DNA of 64,000 nucleotides from Clostridia bacterium (GTDB lineage: Bacteria; Bacillota; Clostridia; Christensenellales; CAG-917): NCBI GenBank assembly GCA_017461985.1, contig JAFTSA010000006.1, positions 110-64,109 of the forward strand, in the 5' to 3' direction. The notes below the pieces were generated by a model. It saw only the letters and a program-made list of their open reading frames with translations, was not told where the DNA came from and did no database searches. This document shows, piece after piece, positions 27,069 to 36,609 of this stretch. Numbering within the stretch: position 1 is the stretch's first letter; each line of letters opens with the position of its first letter. The position numbers and the translations under genes are program-made.

Positions 27069-27911
27069 ATGAAAACACCTATCAGCATCAATTTGAAGGA
27101 AAAAGTTGTGGTCATCACAGGAGCAGGCGGAGTCATCTGCGGATGTCTTGCAAAGGCCCTTGCATCAAACGGCGCAAAGGTTGCACTTCTTGACCTCAAT
27201 CTTGAAGCAGCAGAGGCTGTGGCAAATGAAATAGTCGCAGAAGGCGGTGTGGCAAAGGCATACAAGACAAACGTCCTTGACAAGGAAAATCTTGAAGCCG
27301 TCCGTGAAGAAATTGAAAAGGATTTGGGTGTCACCGACATCCTCATCAACGGCGCAGGCGGAAATAACCCTCGTGCCACCACAGACAACGAATACTGCAC
27401 CTTTGAAAAGCAAGTGGACAAGGACTTCTTTGACCTTGACGCAGGCGGTGTGAGATTTGTCTTTGAACTGAACTTCATCGGCAGTTTCCTCCCCACCCAA
27501 GTTTTCTGCAAAGGTATGGTTGGAAGAAAGGGCTGTTCTGTCCTGAACATTTCATCAATGAACGCCTTTACACCCCTCACCAAAATCCCTGCATACAGCG
27601 CAGCAAAGGCAGGCATCAGCAACTTTACAGAGTGGCTTGCAGTGCACTTTGCAAAGGTGGGCATCCGTGTCAACGCAATTGCACCGGGATTTTTTGTGAC
27701 CAACCAAAATAGAGCATTGCTCTTTGACAATGAAGGCAACGCAACTCCCAGAACAAAGAAAATCCTGAACGCAACCCCTATGGAAAGATTTGGCGAAGTT
27801 GAGGAACTTGTGGGCGCAACACTCTTCCTTTTGAGTGAAGAGGCAGCAGGTTTCATCACTGGTGTGGTCCTTCCCATTGACGGTGGTTTCAGCGCATATT
27901 CAGGTGTGTAG
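27069..27911 (+). CDS. Short-chain dehydrogenase, probable D-mannonate/fructuronate oxidoreductase
   Basis: 280 aa. TGAGGVIG cofactor motif and YSAAK catalytic motif. The operon context with uxaC/uxuA suggests UxuB-equivalent function. Confidence 0.7.
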   Translation: MKTPISINLKEKVVVITGAGGVICGCLAKALASNGAKVALLDLNLEAAEAVANEIVAEGGVAKAYKTNVLDKENLEAVREEIEKDLGVTDILINGAGGNNPRATTDNEYCTFEKQVDKDFFDLDAGGVRFVFELNFIGSFLPTQVFCKGMVGRKGCSVLNISSMNAFTPLTKIPAYSAAKAGISNFTEWLAVHFAKVGIRVNAIAPGFFVTNQNRALLFDNEGNATPRTKKILNATPMERFGEVEELVGATLFLLSEEAAGFITGVVLPIDGGFSAYSGV

Positions 27912-27919
27912 AGGTGACT

Positions 27920-28531
27920 ATGGACTTTTCATTTTTCAACACAAACAAAGTAGTGCCCGTTGTGGTGCTGAACAACACCCACGAAACAATCCCCAAACTC
28001 AGCGCACTGAAGCGTGGTGGCATCAACGTGGCGGAAATCACTTTCCGCACCCCTTGCGCACCTGACTGTCTTGCACTTGCTGTCAAGACTTTCCCCGATA
28101 TGCTTGTGGGCGTTGGCACAATCATCAATAGAGAACAATGTGTGAAGGCCCTTGACCTTGGGGCAAAGTTTGTCGTGTCCCCCGGTTTTTCAAAGGAAGT
28201 GGCAGAGGAGTGTATCTCCCGTGACGTACCCTATATCCCCGGCGTCATCACCCCCACAGAGGTTATGATGGCAAAGGCAGTTGGGCTCAACGTCCTCAAG
28301 TTTTTCCCTGCCAGCGACTTTGGTGGGATCAAAACAATGAAAGCATTGTCCGCAGCATTTCCTGACGTCCGCTTTGTGCCTACAGGTGGTGTTGGTGAAA
28401 GCAATCTCCACGAATTCCTTGGACAAAAATTTGTCCTTGGCGCAGGTGGAAGTTGGATGATGAAAGGAACTGAAAGCGACATCGAAATCGCATCAAGACG
28501 TGCGGTGGAAATCGCAAAGGAGTATATATGA
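27920..28531 (+). CDS. eda: 2-dehydro-3-deoxyphosphogluconate (KDPG) aldolase
   Basis: 203 aa from ATG 27920 (GAGGTG RBS). Eda-like pattern (VVPV..., G.N.AEITFRT, KFFPA, F.PTGGV). Confidence 0.8.
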   Translation: MDFSFFNTNKVVPVVVLNNTHETIPKLSALKRGGINVAEITFRTPCAPDCLALAVKTFPDMLVGVGTIINREQCVKALDLGAKFVVSPGFSKEVAEECISRDVPYIPGVITPTEVMMAKAVGLNVLKFFPASDFGGIKTMKALSAAFPDVRFVPTGGVGESNLHEFLGQKFVLGAGGSWMMKGTESDIEIASRRAVEIAKEYI

Positions 28532-29547
28532 GAGTAATTACGTTTGGCGAAATTATGTTACGTTTTGCCCCTGAGGGCTACAACCGTCTTTTCCAAACCC
28601 CTGTCCTCAACGGCACTTTTGGTGGCGGTGAAGCAAACGTTGCAGTGTCCATTGCAAACTTTGGTGGAGATGCCGCATTTGTGACAAAACTCCCCGAAAA
28701 CGCAATCGCAGAAGCCTGCTTGAGAGAACTTCGTGGCTTTGGCGTTGACACAAAACACGTCGCACGTGGCGGTGAAAGAATGGGTGTCTACTATATGGAG
28801 AAGGGTGCATCTTGCCGTCCTTCAAACGTCATCTACGACAGAGCACACTCATCAATTTCAACGGCAACCGACAGCGACTTTGACTGGGACAAAATCTTTG
28901 ATGGAGCGGACTGGTTCCACTTCACAGGCATCACTCCCGCCCTCAGCGATGAACTTGCCAAAGTGACCTTAAACGCACTTAAAGTGGCAAAAGCAAAGGG
29001 ATTAAGTGTCAGTTGTGACCTCAACTACCGCAAAAAGCTTTGGTCAAGAGAAAAGGCAAAAGAGGTTATGACAGGCCTTATGCCTTACGTTGATCTGTGC
29101 ATTTGCAATGAGGAAGACGCAAAGGACGTCTTTGGTATCGAGGCAGACGGCACCGACATTGAAAAGGGTGCATTGAGCCGTGAGGGATACGTGGGCGTAG
29201 CCAAAAAACTCACTGACAAATTCGGCTTTAAGAAAGTGGCAATCACTCTCCGCGAAAGTTTTTCTGCCAACGACAACGATTGGTCTGCAATGCTTTACGC
29301 TGACGGCGAAGCACACTTCTCAAACAAATATTCACTGCATATCGTTGACAGAGTTGGTGGTGGTGACAGCTTTGGTGCAGGGCTCATATACGGCCTCACC
29401 AACGGCTACACCAATCAAGACGCTCTTGAATTTGCAGTGGCAGCAAGCGCATTGAAACACACCATTGAAGGCGACTTCAATCGTGTCGGTGTCAAGGAAG
29501 TCCAGTCACTCATCAAAAACGGCGGAAGCGGTAGAGTGCAAAGATAG
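28528..29547 (+). CDS. kdgK: 2-dehydro-3-deoxygluconokinase (PfkB family)
   Basis: 339 aa. PfkB signature DRVGGGDSFGAGLIYG. 4-nt overlap with eda. Confidence 0.8.
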   Translation: MRVITFGEIMLRFAPEGYNRLFQTPVLNGTFGGGEANVAVSIANFGGDAAFVTKLPENAIAEACLRELRGFGVDTKHVARGGERMGVYYMEKGASCRPSNVIYDRAHSSISTATDSDFDWDKIFDGADWFHFTGITPALSDELAKVTLNALKVAKAKGLSVSCDLNYRKKLWSREKAKEVMTGLMPYVDLCICNEEDAKDVFGIEADGTDIEKGALSREGYVGVAKKLTDKFGFKKVAITLRESFSANDNDWSAMLYADGEAHFSNKYSLHIVDRVGGGDSFGAGLIYGLTNGYTNQDALEFAVAASALKHTIEGDFNRVGVKEVQSLIKNGGSGRVQR

Positions 29548-29569
29548 ATTATAATAAAGGAGAAAATAT

Positions 29570-31828
29570 ATGAACAGAGTACTTATCAACACAGGATGGC
29601 GTTTCTTCAAAAACTGCAACAGTATTGAAGAAATGGACGCAATTGAAAGCATCAAAGTCAATTTGCCCCACACTTGGAACAACCTTGACGGTCAAGACGG
29701 CGGAAGCGATTATTTCCGTGGCAAGTGTTTTTACAGAAAGAAAATTGCTCTCACCAAAAAGGAAAACAAGGTGTATTATCTTGAATTCCGTGGCGTCAAC
29801 GCAATGAGTGAAGTGTTTGTCAACGGCGTGTCCGTTGCATATCACGAAGGCGGTTTTTCAACCTTCCGTGCCAACGTCACCGACCAACTCGTAGACGGCG
29901 AAAACACAATCATCGTGTCTGCAGACAACTCCTCAAACGACAGAGTCTATCCTCAAATGGCAGACTTCACTTTCTTTGGCGGTATCTACAGAAACGTGTA
30001 TATCATCGAAGCACCCGCAGTGAGATTTGACCTTGACTATCTGGGTGGAGAAGGCGTTGCAGTGACACCCATCGTCAACGAAGACGGCAGCGCAACAGTC
30101 ACAGTGGACAGTTTCATCACTGGTGCAACTGAAAGTGCAACAGTGAAATGTGATCTCCTTTTTGACGGTGAAGTGGTGGCAACAGCAGAAGCACCTGCAA
30201 CTGCAAAAACAACCCTCACTTACACCCTTGAAAATCCCACTCTTTGGGACGGCGTTGAAAACCCTGCACTCTACACAGCAAAAGTCACTCTTACGACCGA
30301 CAGCGACAGCGATGAAAGAGTTGTCCGCTTTGGTGTCCGCACAATGAAGGCAGACAAAGACGGATTCTGGCTCAACGGCAGAAAATATCCCCTCCACGGC
30401 GTATCCCGTCACCAAGACAGACAAGATATGGGTTGGGCAATCACCGAAAAGGAACACAAGGAAGACATCGACCTCATCAAGGAACTTGGTGCAAACACAA
30501 TCCGTCTTGCACACTATCAACACGACCAATATTTCTATGACCTCTGCGACGAATATGGTATGGTGGTTTGGGCAGAAATCCCCTACATTTCATCACATCT
30601 TGCCAACGGCGATGAAAACGCAGTGAGCCAAATGAAGGAACTCATCACTCAAAACTACAACCACGCATCAATCTTCTGCTGGGGACTGAGCAATGAAATC
30701 ACCATCACCGGTGAAAGTGAAGAACTGATGGCACTCCACCACAGACTCAACGACCTTTGCCACAATATGGACAAAACTCGTCCCACAACCATGGCAAACG
30801 TGACAATGCTTGACACAACCTCTCCCATCATCGACCTCCCCGACATCATGTCATACAACCACTATTTCGGCTGGTATATGGGCGACGTCAACGGCAATGC
30901 AGAATGGCTTGACGACTTTAGAGCAGCACGCCCCGACAGAACAATCGGCATCAGTGAATACGGCTGTGAAGCAATCCTCACTTGGCACAACTCAAACCCC
31001 AAGCAAGGTGACTACAGTGAAGAATATCAAGCATATTATCACGAAAGCCTCCTCCGCATCTTCGCAGAACGTCCTTACATCTGGGCAACCCACGTTTGGA
31101 ATATGTTTGACTTCGGCGTTGACGGCAGAAACGAAGGCGGTGTTGCAGGCCGCAACAACAAGGGTCTCGTCACTTACGACAGAAAGACAAAGAAGGACAG
31201 TTTCTACATCTACAAAGCATACTGGACCACCGATCCTTTCGTCCACATCACCTCAAAGAGATATTACTACCGCGCAGAAAAGACCACCACAGTCAAGGTG
31301 TACAGCAACTGCGACAAGGTGACGTTGTTTGTTGGTGGCAAGGAATTTGCAACCCAAGAAGGCAAGCATATCTTCACCTTTGAAGTGCCTCTCAAGACTC
31401 TCGGTGCAACCAAGATCAAGGCAGTCAGCGGAGAGGTCAGTGATGAAGCATCAATCAAGTACGTGAGAAAGCCTTATCAAGGATATATCTTGAAGACAGA
31501 AGAAAAAGTGGACAACTGGTTTGACAAAAACAATGAATTTGACTTCAAGTTCCCCGAAGGATATTTCTCAATCAAGGACAAACTTGGTGACATTATGGCA
31601 ACCGAAGAAGGCGAAGCCCTCATCAGCAGTCTTATGGACAGAGTGGTCAAGACAATGATGGCAGGTCCTGACAGTGAGTCAAAAGGCGAAGTGAAAATCA
31701 GCAAGGGCATGATGAAGCTTGCAGGCGGTATGACCATTGAACGTATCGCAGGCATGGCAGGGGATAAAGTGACACCCGACGTCCTCTTTGAAGTCAACGA
31801 AATGCTGAACAAAATCAAGAAGCCTTAA
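29570..31828 (+). CDS. GH2 glycoside hydrolase, probable beta-glucuronidase with C-terminal extension
   Basis: 752 aa. Acid/base motif WGLSNE, nucleophile motif ISEYG, and an N-x-K motif (GRNNKG) at the position that recognises the glucuronate carboxylate in E. coli GUS. No signal peptide. Lies in the hexuronate operon. Confidence 0.7.
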   Translation: MNRVLINTGWRFFKNCNSIEEMDAIESIKVNLPHTWNNLDGQDGGSDYFRGKCFYRKKIALTKKENKVYYLEFRGVNAMSEVFVNGVSVAYHEGGFSTFRANVTDQLVDGENTIIVSADNSSNDRVYPQMADFTFFGGIYRNVYIIEAPAVRFDLDYLGGEGVAVTPIVNEDGSATVTVDSFITGATESATVKCDLLFDGEVVATAEAPATAKTTLTYTLENPTLWDGVENPALYTAKVTLTTDSDSDERVVRFGVRTMKADKDGFWLNGRKYPLHGVSRHQDRQDMGWAITEKEHKEDIDLIKELGANTIRLAHYQHDQYFYDLCDEYGMVVWAEIPYISSHLANGDENAVSQMKELITQNYNHASIFCWGLSNEITITGESEELMALHHRLNDLCHNMDKTRPTTMANVTMLDTTSPIIDLPDIMSYNHYFGWYMGDVNGNAEWLDDFRAARPDRTIGISEYGCEAILTWHNSNPKQGDYSEEYQAYYHESLLRIFAERPYIWATHVWNMFDFGVDGRNEGGVAGRNNKGLVTYDRKTKKDSFYIYKAYWTTDPFVHITSKRYYYRAEKTTTVKVYSNCDKVTLFVGGKEFATQEGKHIFTFEVPLKTLGATKIKAVSGEVSDEASIKYVRKPYQGYILKTEEKVDNWFDKNNEFDFKFPEGYFSIKDKLGDIMATEEGEALISSLMDRVVKTMMAGPDSESKGEVKISKGMMKLAGGMTIERIAGMAGDKVTPDVLFEVNEMLNKIKKP

Positions 31829-31880
31829 TCTTGTCACAACAGTTTCAAAAAACTTAAAACAAATCACCACAAAACTTAAT

Positions 31881-31914
31881 AAAAAAACGGACTGATTTCA
31901 GTCCGTTTTTTTTG
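31881..31914. terminator. Bidirectional intrinsic terminator
   Basis: A-run, ACGGACTG-ATTT-CAGTCCGT, T-run. Confidence 0.8.
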
Positions 31915-31994
31915 TTGTGCCTAAGAGGATTGATTTTGATTGTTTTGACAAAACAGGCGGTTTATTTTGTCGGTTTTGACACTTAAAACATTGA

Positions 31995-32591
31995 TTAATC
32001 AAACAAGTTCTTGATTGTGCCGATGCAGATAGAGCGCATTTTGTCATAGTCCAAATACTCGTGACGGTCAAAAATGCACTCGTGAGCAAAGCTTTGGACA
32101 ATGCCTATTGCAAAGTGGATTTTCTCTTTGAGAGCCTCTGTGGTGACGCCAAGTTCAGTCAGCTTGCTCAGTATCCTGTCAGTCATTTTGTCCTCAAGTT
32201 CAATGAACTTTACGTTGACTGCCTCGTCACTTGCGGTCATCGCGTGGAGGGCCTCGTGGATGTTGGCATTTTTGCGGTGAGCGTCAATGGTGACGTCCAA
32301 AATTTGAGGCACGAGGGTGTCAAAATCCACGGGAGCGGACAACTTGTCAAAGGTGGCAAAGACAGGTGTCAACACCTTTTCAAGATAGATGTCAAGGACG
32401 TCGAGGAGTATGTCGCGCTTGTCTTTGAAGTAGCCGTAAACGATGCCGGTTGACACACCTGCACACTTGGCAATTTCCGCTGTGTTGGTGGCGTAGTAGC
32501 CCACCTTTGAAAACAACTCGTAGCCGGCTTCAATGATTTTTTTCTTCTTGGCGATTGAACGCTCTTGACGGGGTGTCCTGACTTCGCTCAT
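31995..32591 (-). CDS. TetR-family transcriptional regulator
   Basis: 198 aa. N-terminal HTH (I..AGYELFSKVGYYATNTAEIAKCAGVSTGIVYGYF). Confidence 0.85.
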   Translation of the reverse strand: MSEVRTPRQERSIAKKKKIIEAGYELFSKVGYYATNTAEIAKCAGVSTGIVYGYFKDKRDILLDVLDIYLEKVLTPVFATFDKLSAPVDFDTLVPQILDVTIDAHRKNANIHEALHAMTASDEAVNVKFIELEDKMTDRILSKLTELGVTTEALKEKIHFAIGIVQSFAHECIFDRHEYLDYDKMRSICIGTIKNLFD

Positions 32592-32703
32592 ATTTCTCCT
32601 CGTGCGAAACGCGCGCGTTTTTATTTTATGGTTATATTATACCTCATATTGTCAATAAAGAAAAGAAAAATTTTCAAAATATGAAATTTCTTTCAACTTT
32701 TTC

Positions 32704-32732
32704 TTGACAACTCACCCTTTCGGGCATATAAT
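32704..32732 (+). promoter_or_regulatory. Sigma-A type promoter for feoAB
   Basis: TTGACA, 17-nt spacer, TATAAT. Confidence 0.6.
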
Positions 32733-32776
32733 ATCATCGTTAAAAATATGAAATAACTTTCACATTTGGAGAAAAT

Positions 32777-33010
32777 ATGGAAAAACTACTCAGTGAATTT
32801 AAGATAGGTGAAAAAGGCTCTGTCAAGAGCGTTGCAGGTGACGGTCCTATTAGAAGACGTCTTTTTGATATGGGTGTCACACCGGGGGCAAAGATTGTGC
32901 TGAAAAAGTGCGCACCTCTTGGAGACCCTCTTGAAGTCAACCTCAGAGGCTATGAACTCACCCTTAGAAAGGCTGAGGCAAGTTTTGTCACCATGGAGGT
33001 GGAAAGATGA
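32777..33010 (+). CDS. feoA: Ferrous iron transport protein A
   Basis: 77 aa. FeoA SH3-like pattern (G....V..v.g......RL.dMGv.pG..i......aPlGDP.ev...g..l.lRk.eA). Confidence 0.85.
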   Translation: MEKLLSEFKIGEKGSVKSVAGDGPIRRRLFDMGVTPGAKIVLKKCAPLGDPLEVNLRGYELTLRKAEASFVTMEVER

Positions 33011-35298
33011 TGAAGTTTGCGCTTGCCGGAAACCCTAACTCCGGCAAAACCACCTTATTCAATGGACTGACTGGCTCAACTGCCCACGTAGGCAACTGGC
33101 CCGGTGTCACCGTTGACAAAAAAGAAGGCGTCTACAAAAAGTGTGCCGAGCCCATTTCAATCGTGGACTTGCCCGGCATTTATTCACTTTCTCCCTACAC
33201 TCCTGAGGAAGTCATTTCACGTAATTTTATTCTTGATGAAAAACCTGACTGCGTCATCAACATAATTGACGCCACCAACCTTGAAAGAAACCTCTATCTT
33301 TCCACTCAAATTTTGGAAATTGACGTGCCTATGGTCATAGCGCTCAATATGATTGACGAGGTGGAGAAAAGCGGTGACGTCCTTGACGCAAAAAAACTTG
33401 AAGAAAAAATTGGCGTGCCCGTGGTTGAAATCTCCGCATTGAAGGGCAGAGGCCTTGACGAACTAATGACCCGTGCTTACGAGGCAAGCCGTACTCCTAG
33501 AAAGGGTAGGACAGTCCTTGACGGCACTTCAATCGTACACCTTATCGGTGACTGCAAGATTGCTCTTGAAGGTCAAAAAGTGGACAACGCACTTTTCCAC
33601 GCAGTCAAACTTGTTGAACTTGACGAGTTGGAAGTGAAGATGCACCCCGACTCCGCATTTATGGTCGAGGAGTTCAAAAAGACCTTTGAGGACGACACTT
33701 TCGGCACTGACTTTGACGCAATCATTGCAGACGCAAGATACAAGTATATTACCAAAAATTGTTCTCCCGCCCTTGTCAAAAAGGTGAGAAGTGCAGATGC
33801 ACCCTCCCGTTCAGACAAAATAGACAAAGTGCTGACACACAAGTTTTGGGGTATCCCTATCTTCCTCCTCATCTTGTTTGCGCTTTTCCACCTAACTTTC
33901 TCAGAAAACTTGTTGTTCTTGGGCGCAGCCCTTCCTGAAGGCTGGGTTGCTCTTGAAGGCACAGCTCTTGAAGGAGTTTTTGGAGACGGCGGAATCAACT
34001 CACCCGGTGTTGTGTTGTTCAACTTGTTGGATTTGGCCACCTCATCTCTTGGTGAAGCAATCGCAGGGGCAATGGAAGCAGGCGGTGTCAGTGAGTGGGC
34101 AATAGGCCTTGTGTGCGACGGTATGCTTGGCGGTGTGTTTGCAGTGCTCAGTTTCCTCCCTCAAATCCTTCTCCTATTCCTGTTCTTCTCAATCCTTGAA
34201 GACAGCGGATATATGGCACGTGTTGCCTTCATCCTTGACCGCATCTTTAGAAAATTCGGTCTGTCAGGCAGAGCATTTATGCCTATGATTATGGGTTTTG
34301 GTTGCTCAGTGCCTGCAATGGTCAACACTCGCACCCTTGCTGACGAAAAGGAACGTATTGCAACAATACGAGTGATTCCTTTCTTCAGTTGCGGAGCAAA
34401 ACTTCCTATCCTCACCGCAATCGCAGGGGGCATAGGCTTGACCTTTGGACTCCCTCACACCGATCTTATCACCTACGGAATGTACGTGGTCGGCATAGTG
34501 GTGGCAATCTGTGCAGTGCTCATTATGCGCTCAACCACAATGAAAGGCGAAGTCCCTCCCTTCATCATGGAGTTGCCCACATATCACTTGCCTCAATTCA
34601 AAAACTTGATGCTCCACCTTTGGGACAAGGCAAAACACTTTGTTCAAAAGGCATTCACCATTATCCTTGCATCGACAATCGTCATTTGGTTTATATCCCA
34701 CTTCTCATGGGGTTGGAACTATCTCCCCGATGAGCAAATCAATGAAAGCATATTGGCAGGTGTAGGCAGACTGTTGCAACCTTTGTTTACTCCTCTTGGA
34801 TTTGGCAGTCAAATCGGCTCATTTGGTTGGGTGTTTGTGGTGGCAGCAATCACAGGCCTCATCGCAAAGGAAAACGTCATTGCAACCTTTGGCACTTTGG
34901 CTGGATGCATCACCGCAGGTTTTGTGGCAGACGAAGCCCTTGAAGGCATTGACGCAGTGGCAAGTATGATAGGCGCAACCGAAATCGGTGTGCCTGCACT
35001 CATCGCGTTCATAGTGTTCAATATGCTCACAATTCCTTGTTTTGCAGCGGTGGCAACTGCAAAGGCAGAACTCGGCAAAAAGAGATTCAATATGACCTTG
35101 GTGTTCTGGGTCGTCACATCCTACGTGGTTGCATCAATGTTCTACCTCATCGGTGAATGGTGGTGGACGGTGTTCATCTTCGTGGCAGTGTGGGCAATGG
35201 TCATCACCCTTGTCATCCTCAACAAGCAAGGCAAAATCAATCTTGACGTGCTGAATCCCAAAAACGTAATAGCAAAAATAAAGACACTAAAAAAATAG
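33007..35298 (+). CDS. feoB: Ferrous iron transport protein B
   Basis: 763 aa. N-terminal G-domain GNPNSGKTTLFN...DLPG. Polytopic C-terminal permease. Confidence 0.9.
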   Translation: MMKFALAGNPNSGKTTLFNGLTGSTAHVGNWPGVTVDKKEGVYKKCAEPISIVDLPGIYSLSPYTPEEVISRNFILDEKPDCVINIIDATNLERNLYLSTQILEIDVPMVIALNMIDEVEKSGDVLDAKKLEEKIGVPVVEISALKGRGLDELMTRAYEASRTPRKGRTVLDGTSIVHLIGDCKIALEGQKVDNALFHAVKLVELDELEVKMHPDSAFMVEEFKKTFEDDTFGTDFDAIIADARYKYITKNCSPALVKKVRSADAPSRSDKIDKVLTHKFWGIPIFLLILFALFHLTFSENLLFLGAALPEGWVALEGTALEGVFGDGGINSPGVVLFNLLDLATSSLGEAIAGAMEAGGVSEWAIGLVCDGMLGGVFAVLSFLPQILLLFLFFSILEDSGYMARVAFILDRIFRKFGLSGRAFMPMIMGFGCSVPAMVNTRTLADEKERIATIRVIPFFSCGAKLPILTAIAGGIGLTFGLPHTDLITYGMYVVGIVVAICAVLIMRSTTMKGEVPPFIMELPTYHLPQFKNLMLHLWDKAKHFVQKAFTIILASTIVIWFISHFSWGWNYLPDEQINESILAGVGRLLQPLFTPLGFGSQIGSFGWVFVVAAITGLIAKENVIATFGTLAGCITAGFVADEALEGIDAVASMIGATEIGVPALIAFIVFNMLTIPCFAAVATAKAELGKKRFNMTLVFWVVTSYVVASMFYLIGEWWWTVFIFVAVWAMVITLVILNKQGKINLDVLNPKNVIAKIKTLKK

Positions 35299-35308
35299 AG
35301 AGGTAATT

Positions 35309-35476
35309 ATGCAACCTATAGAGATAGTGCTCATCGTCGCAAGCGTCCTTGTGGTGGTGGCAGTGATGGTCTCTGCCATCGTCAAAAAGGCAAAAGGCAA
35401 GAGTGGATGTGGCTGTGGATGCAGTGGTTGTCCTCACGCATCAGCTTGTCAATCCAAAAAGACGAAGAAAGCATAA
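35309..35476 (+). CDS. FeoB-associated Cys-rich small membrane protein (not in ORF track, 55 aa)
   Basis: ATG 35309 after GAGAGG. MQPIEIVLIVASVLVVVAVMVSAIVKKAKGKSGCGCGCSGCPHASACQSKKTKKA has one TM helix plus a CGCGCSGC cluster. Sits immediately after feoB, as in the known FeoB-associated family. Confidence 0.7.
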   Translation: MQPIEIVLIVASVLVVVAVMVSAIVKKAKGKSGCGCGCSGCPHASACQSKKTKKA

Positions 35477-35680
35477 AAAATAGTTTATCAAACAAAAATA
35501 AAACCATAAAACCCTTGTTTTGTAAACATAAATGAAAACGAGGGTAGAACGCAAGTGCTAGAAAAAGGCAACAAAATCACCTGAAATAGGTGCTCAAAGC
35601 AAACCCAGCTATGGCACTGAAATCACAAAACAAAACACAAAATAAATCAAAAAATCCTTAAATCCTTATAGCAAAAATCC

Positions 35681-35716
35681 AAAAAAGAAAACGGACGTTG
35701 TCGTCCGTTTTCTTTT
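35681..35716. terminator. Bidirectional intrinsic terminator
   Basis: AAAACGGACG-TTGT-CGTCCGTTTT. Confidence 0.8.
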
Positions 35717-35735
35717 GTATTACAAAATTAATCAA

Positions 35736-36302
35736 TCAATATTGTCTGCCAAATAGTGCGTTGACGTAGGACTTCATTTCACTCTCAGTGCACTTTTCGA
35801 CATTGTCAAGATACCACAAGCACAGGTCGACAAGTGAGCCTGCGAAGGCTGTTGCCGTCACCAAGATAGGCACGTTGTGAGGGAAGGTGCTGTGGAATTT
35901 GCCAAGTTGATATTTCACTGATTGAGTCAATGAATCCTTGATGGTGATGATGACCTTTTCATTGCGGTTGTGCTTGAGAAGGTTTGCCACGTGATTTTTG
36001 TTGTCCTTGACAAAATCAAAGGTCAGGTGAGCCAGTTTCAACAACACTTCGTTGGGGGTTGAAGCCTTGACGTCCTTTGAAAAACGTGCATACACTTCGT
36101 CCTTCAGTTCCTCAAGGGCAAAGGTCAAAAGGTGATATTTGTCTTCAAAGTGAGCGTAGAAAGTTGCACGATTGACAAGGGCCTTTGTGCAAAGGTCGAT
36201 GACGCTTATCTTTTCAAGGGATTGCTCCTCCATCATATCAAGAAGAGTCGCACTCAAAAGTTTTCTTGTGCGTATGATACGCAGATCTTCTTTGTAGTCC
36301 AC
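35736..36302 (-). CDS. TetR-family transcriptional regulator
   Basis: 188 aa with N-terminal TetR HTH (SVIDLCTKALVNRATFYAHF). Confidence 0.8.
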   Translation of the reverse strand: MDYKEDLRIIRTRKLLSATLLDMMEEQSLEKISVIDLCTKALVNRATFYAHFEDKYHLLTFALEELKDEVYARFSKDVKASTPNEVLLKLAHLTFDFVKDNKNHVANLLKHNRNEKVIITIKDSLTQSVKYQLGKFHSTFPHNVPILVTATAFAGSLVDLCLWYLDNVEKCTESEMKSYVNALFGRQY

Positions 36303-36518
36303 AATAATCTCCTTTTCGGCAGTTTTTTACATTTTGACACAGAATCCCGCTTTTGTCAAGATATCAAACACTTGTATAAATAAAAAATCATAAATTCCTT
36401 TTCGACCTATTAAGTCCACCACCGTAGACTTTTGTCATCATGGTGTGTGGTTATCTTTTCCACGATAGGTTAAAAACCACTTAAAAATCAAAGATTTTTC
36501 ACTCGAATGAAATATATG

Positions 36519-36547
36519 TTGTCAATCGGGCGTACCTTTGATATAAT
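36519..36547 (+). promoter_or_regulatory. Sigma-A type promoter for the lipoprotein gene 36610
   Basis: TTGTCA, 17-nt spacer, TATAAT. Confidence 0.55.
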
Positions 36548-36609
36548 GAAAAAAAGGTGGAACACTCAAAAACAATACAAAATAAACTGAACTGAAAAGA
36601 AGGTATATT

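Noticed and set aside
26981-27877. 298-aa minus-strand ORF.
   Set aside because: It is entirely antisense to the well-supported SDR gene (and the uxuA 3' end). Its composition is low-complexity and Ala/Ser/Pro/Arg-rich, typical of a shadow ORF, and it has no RBS.
32640-32776. Possible Fur box upstream of feoA (repeated AAATATGAAAT motifs).
   Set aside because: It does not resemble the GATAATGATAATCATTATC-type palindrome closely enough. Only two short AT-rich direct repeats are present.
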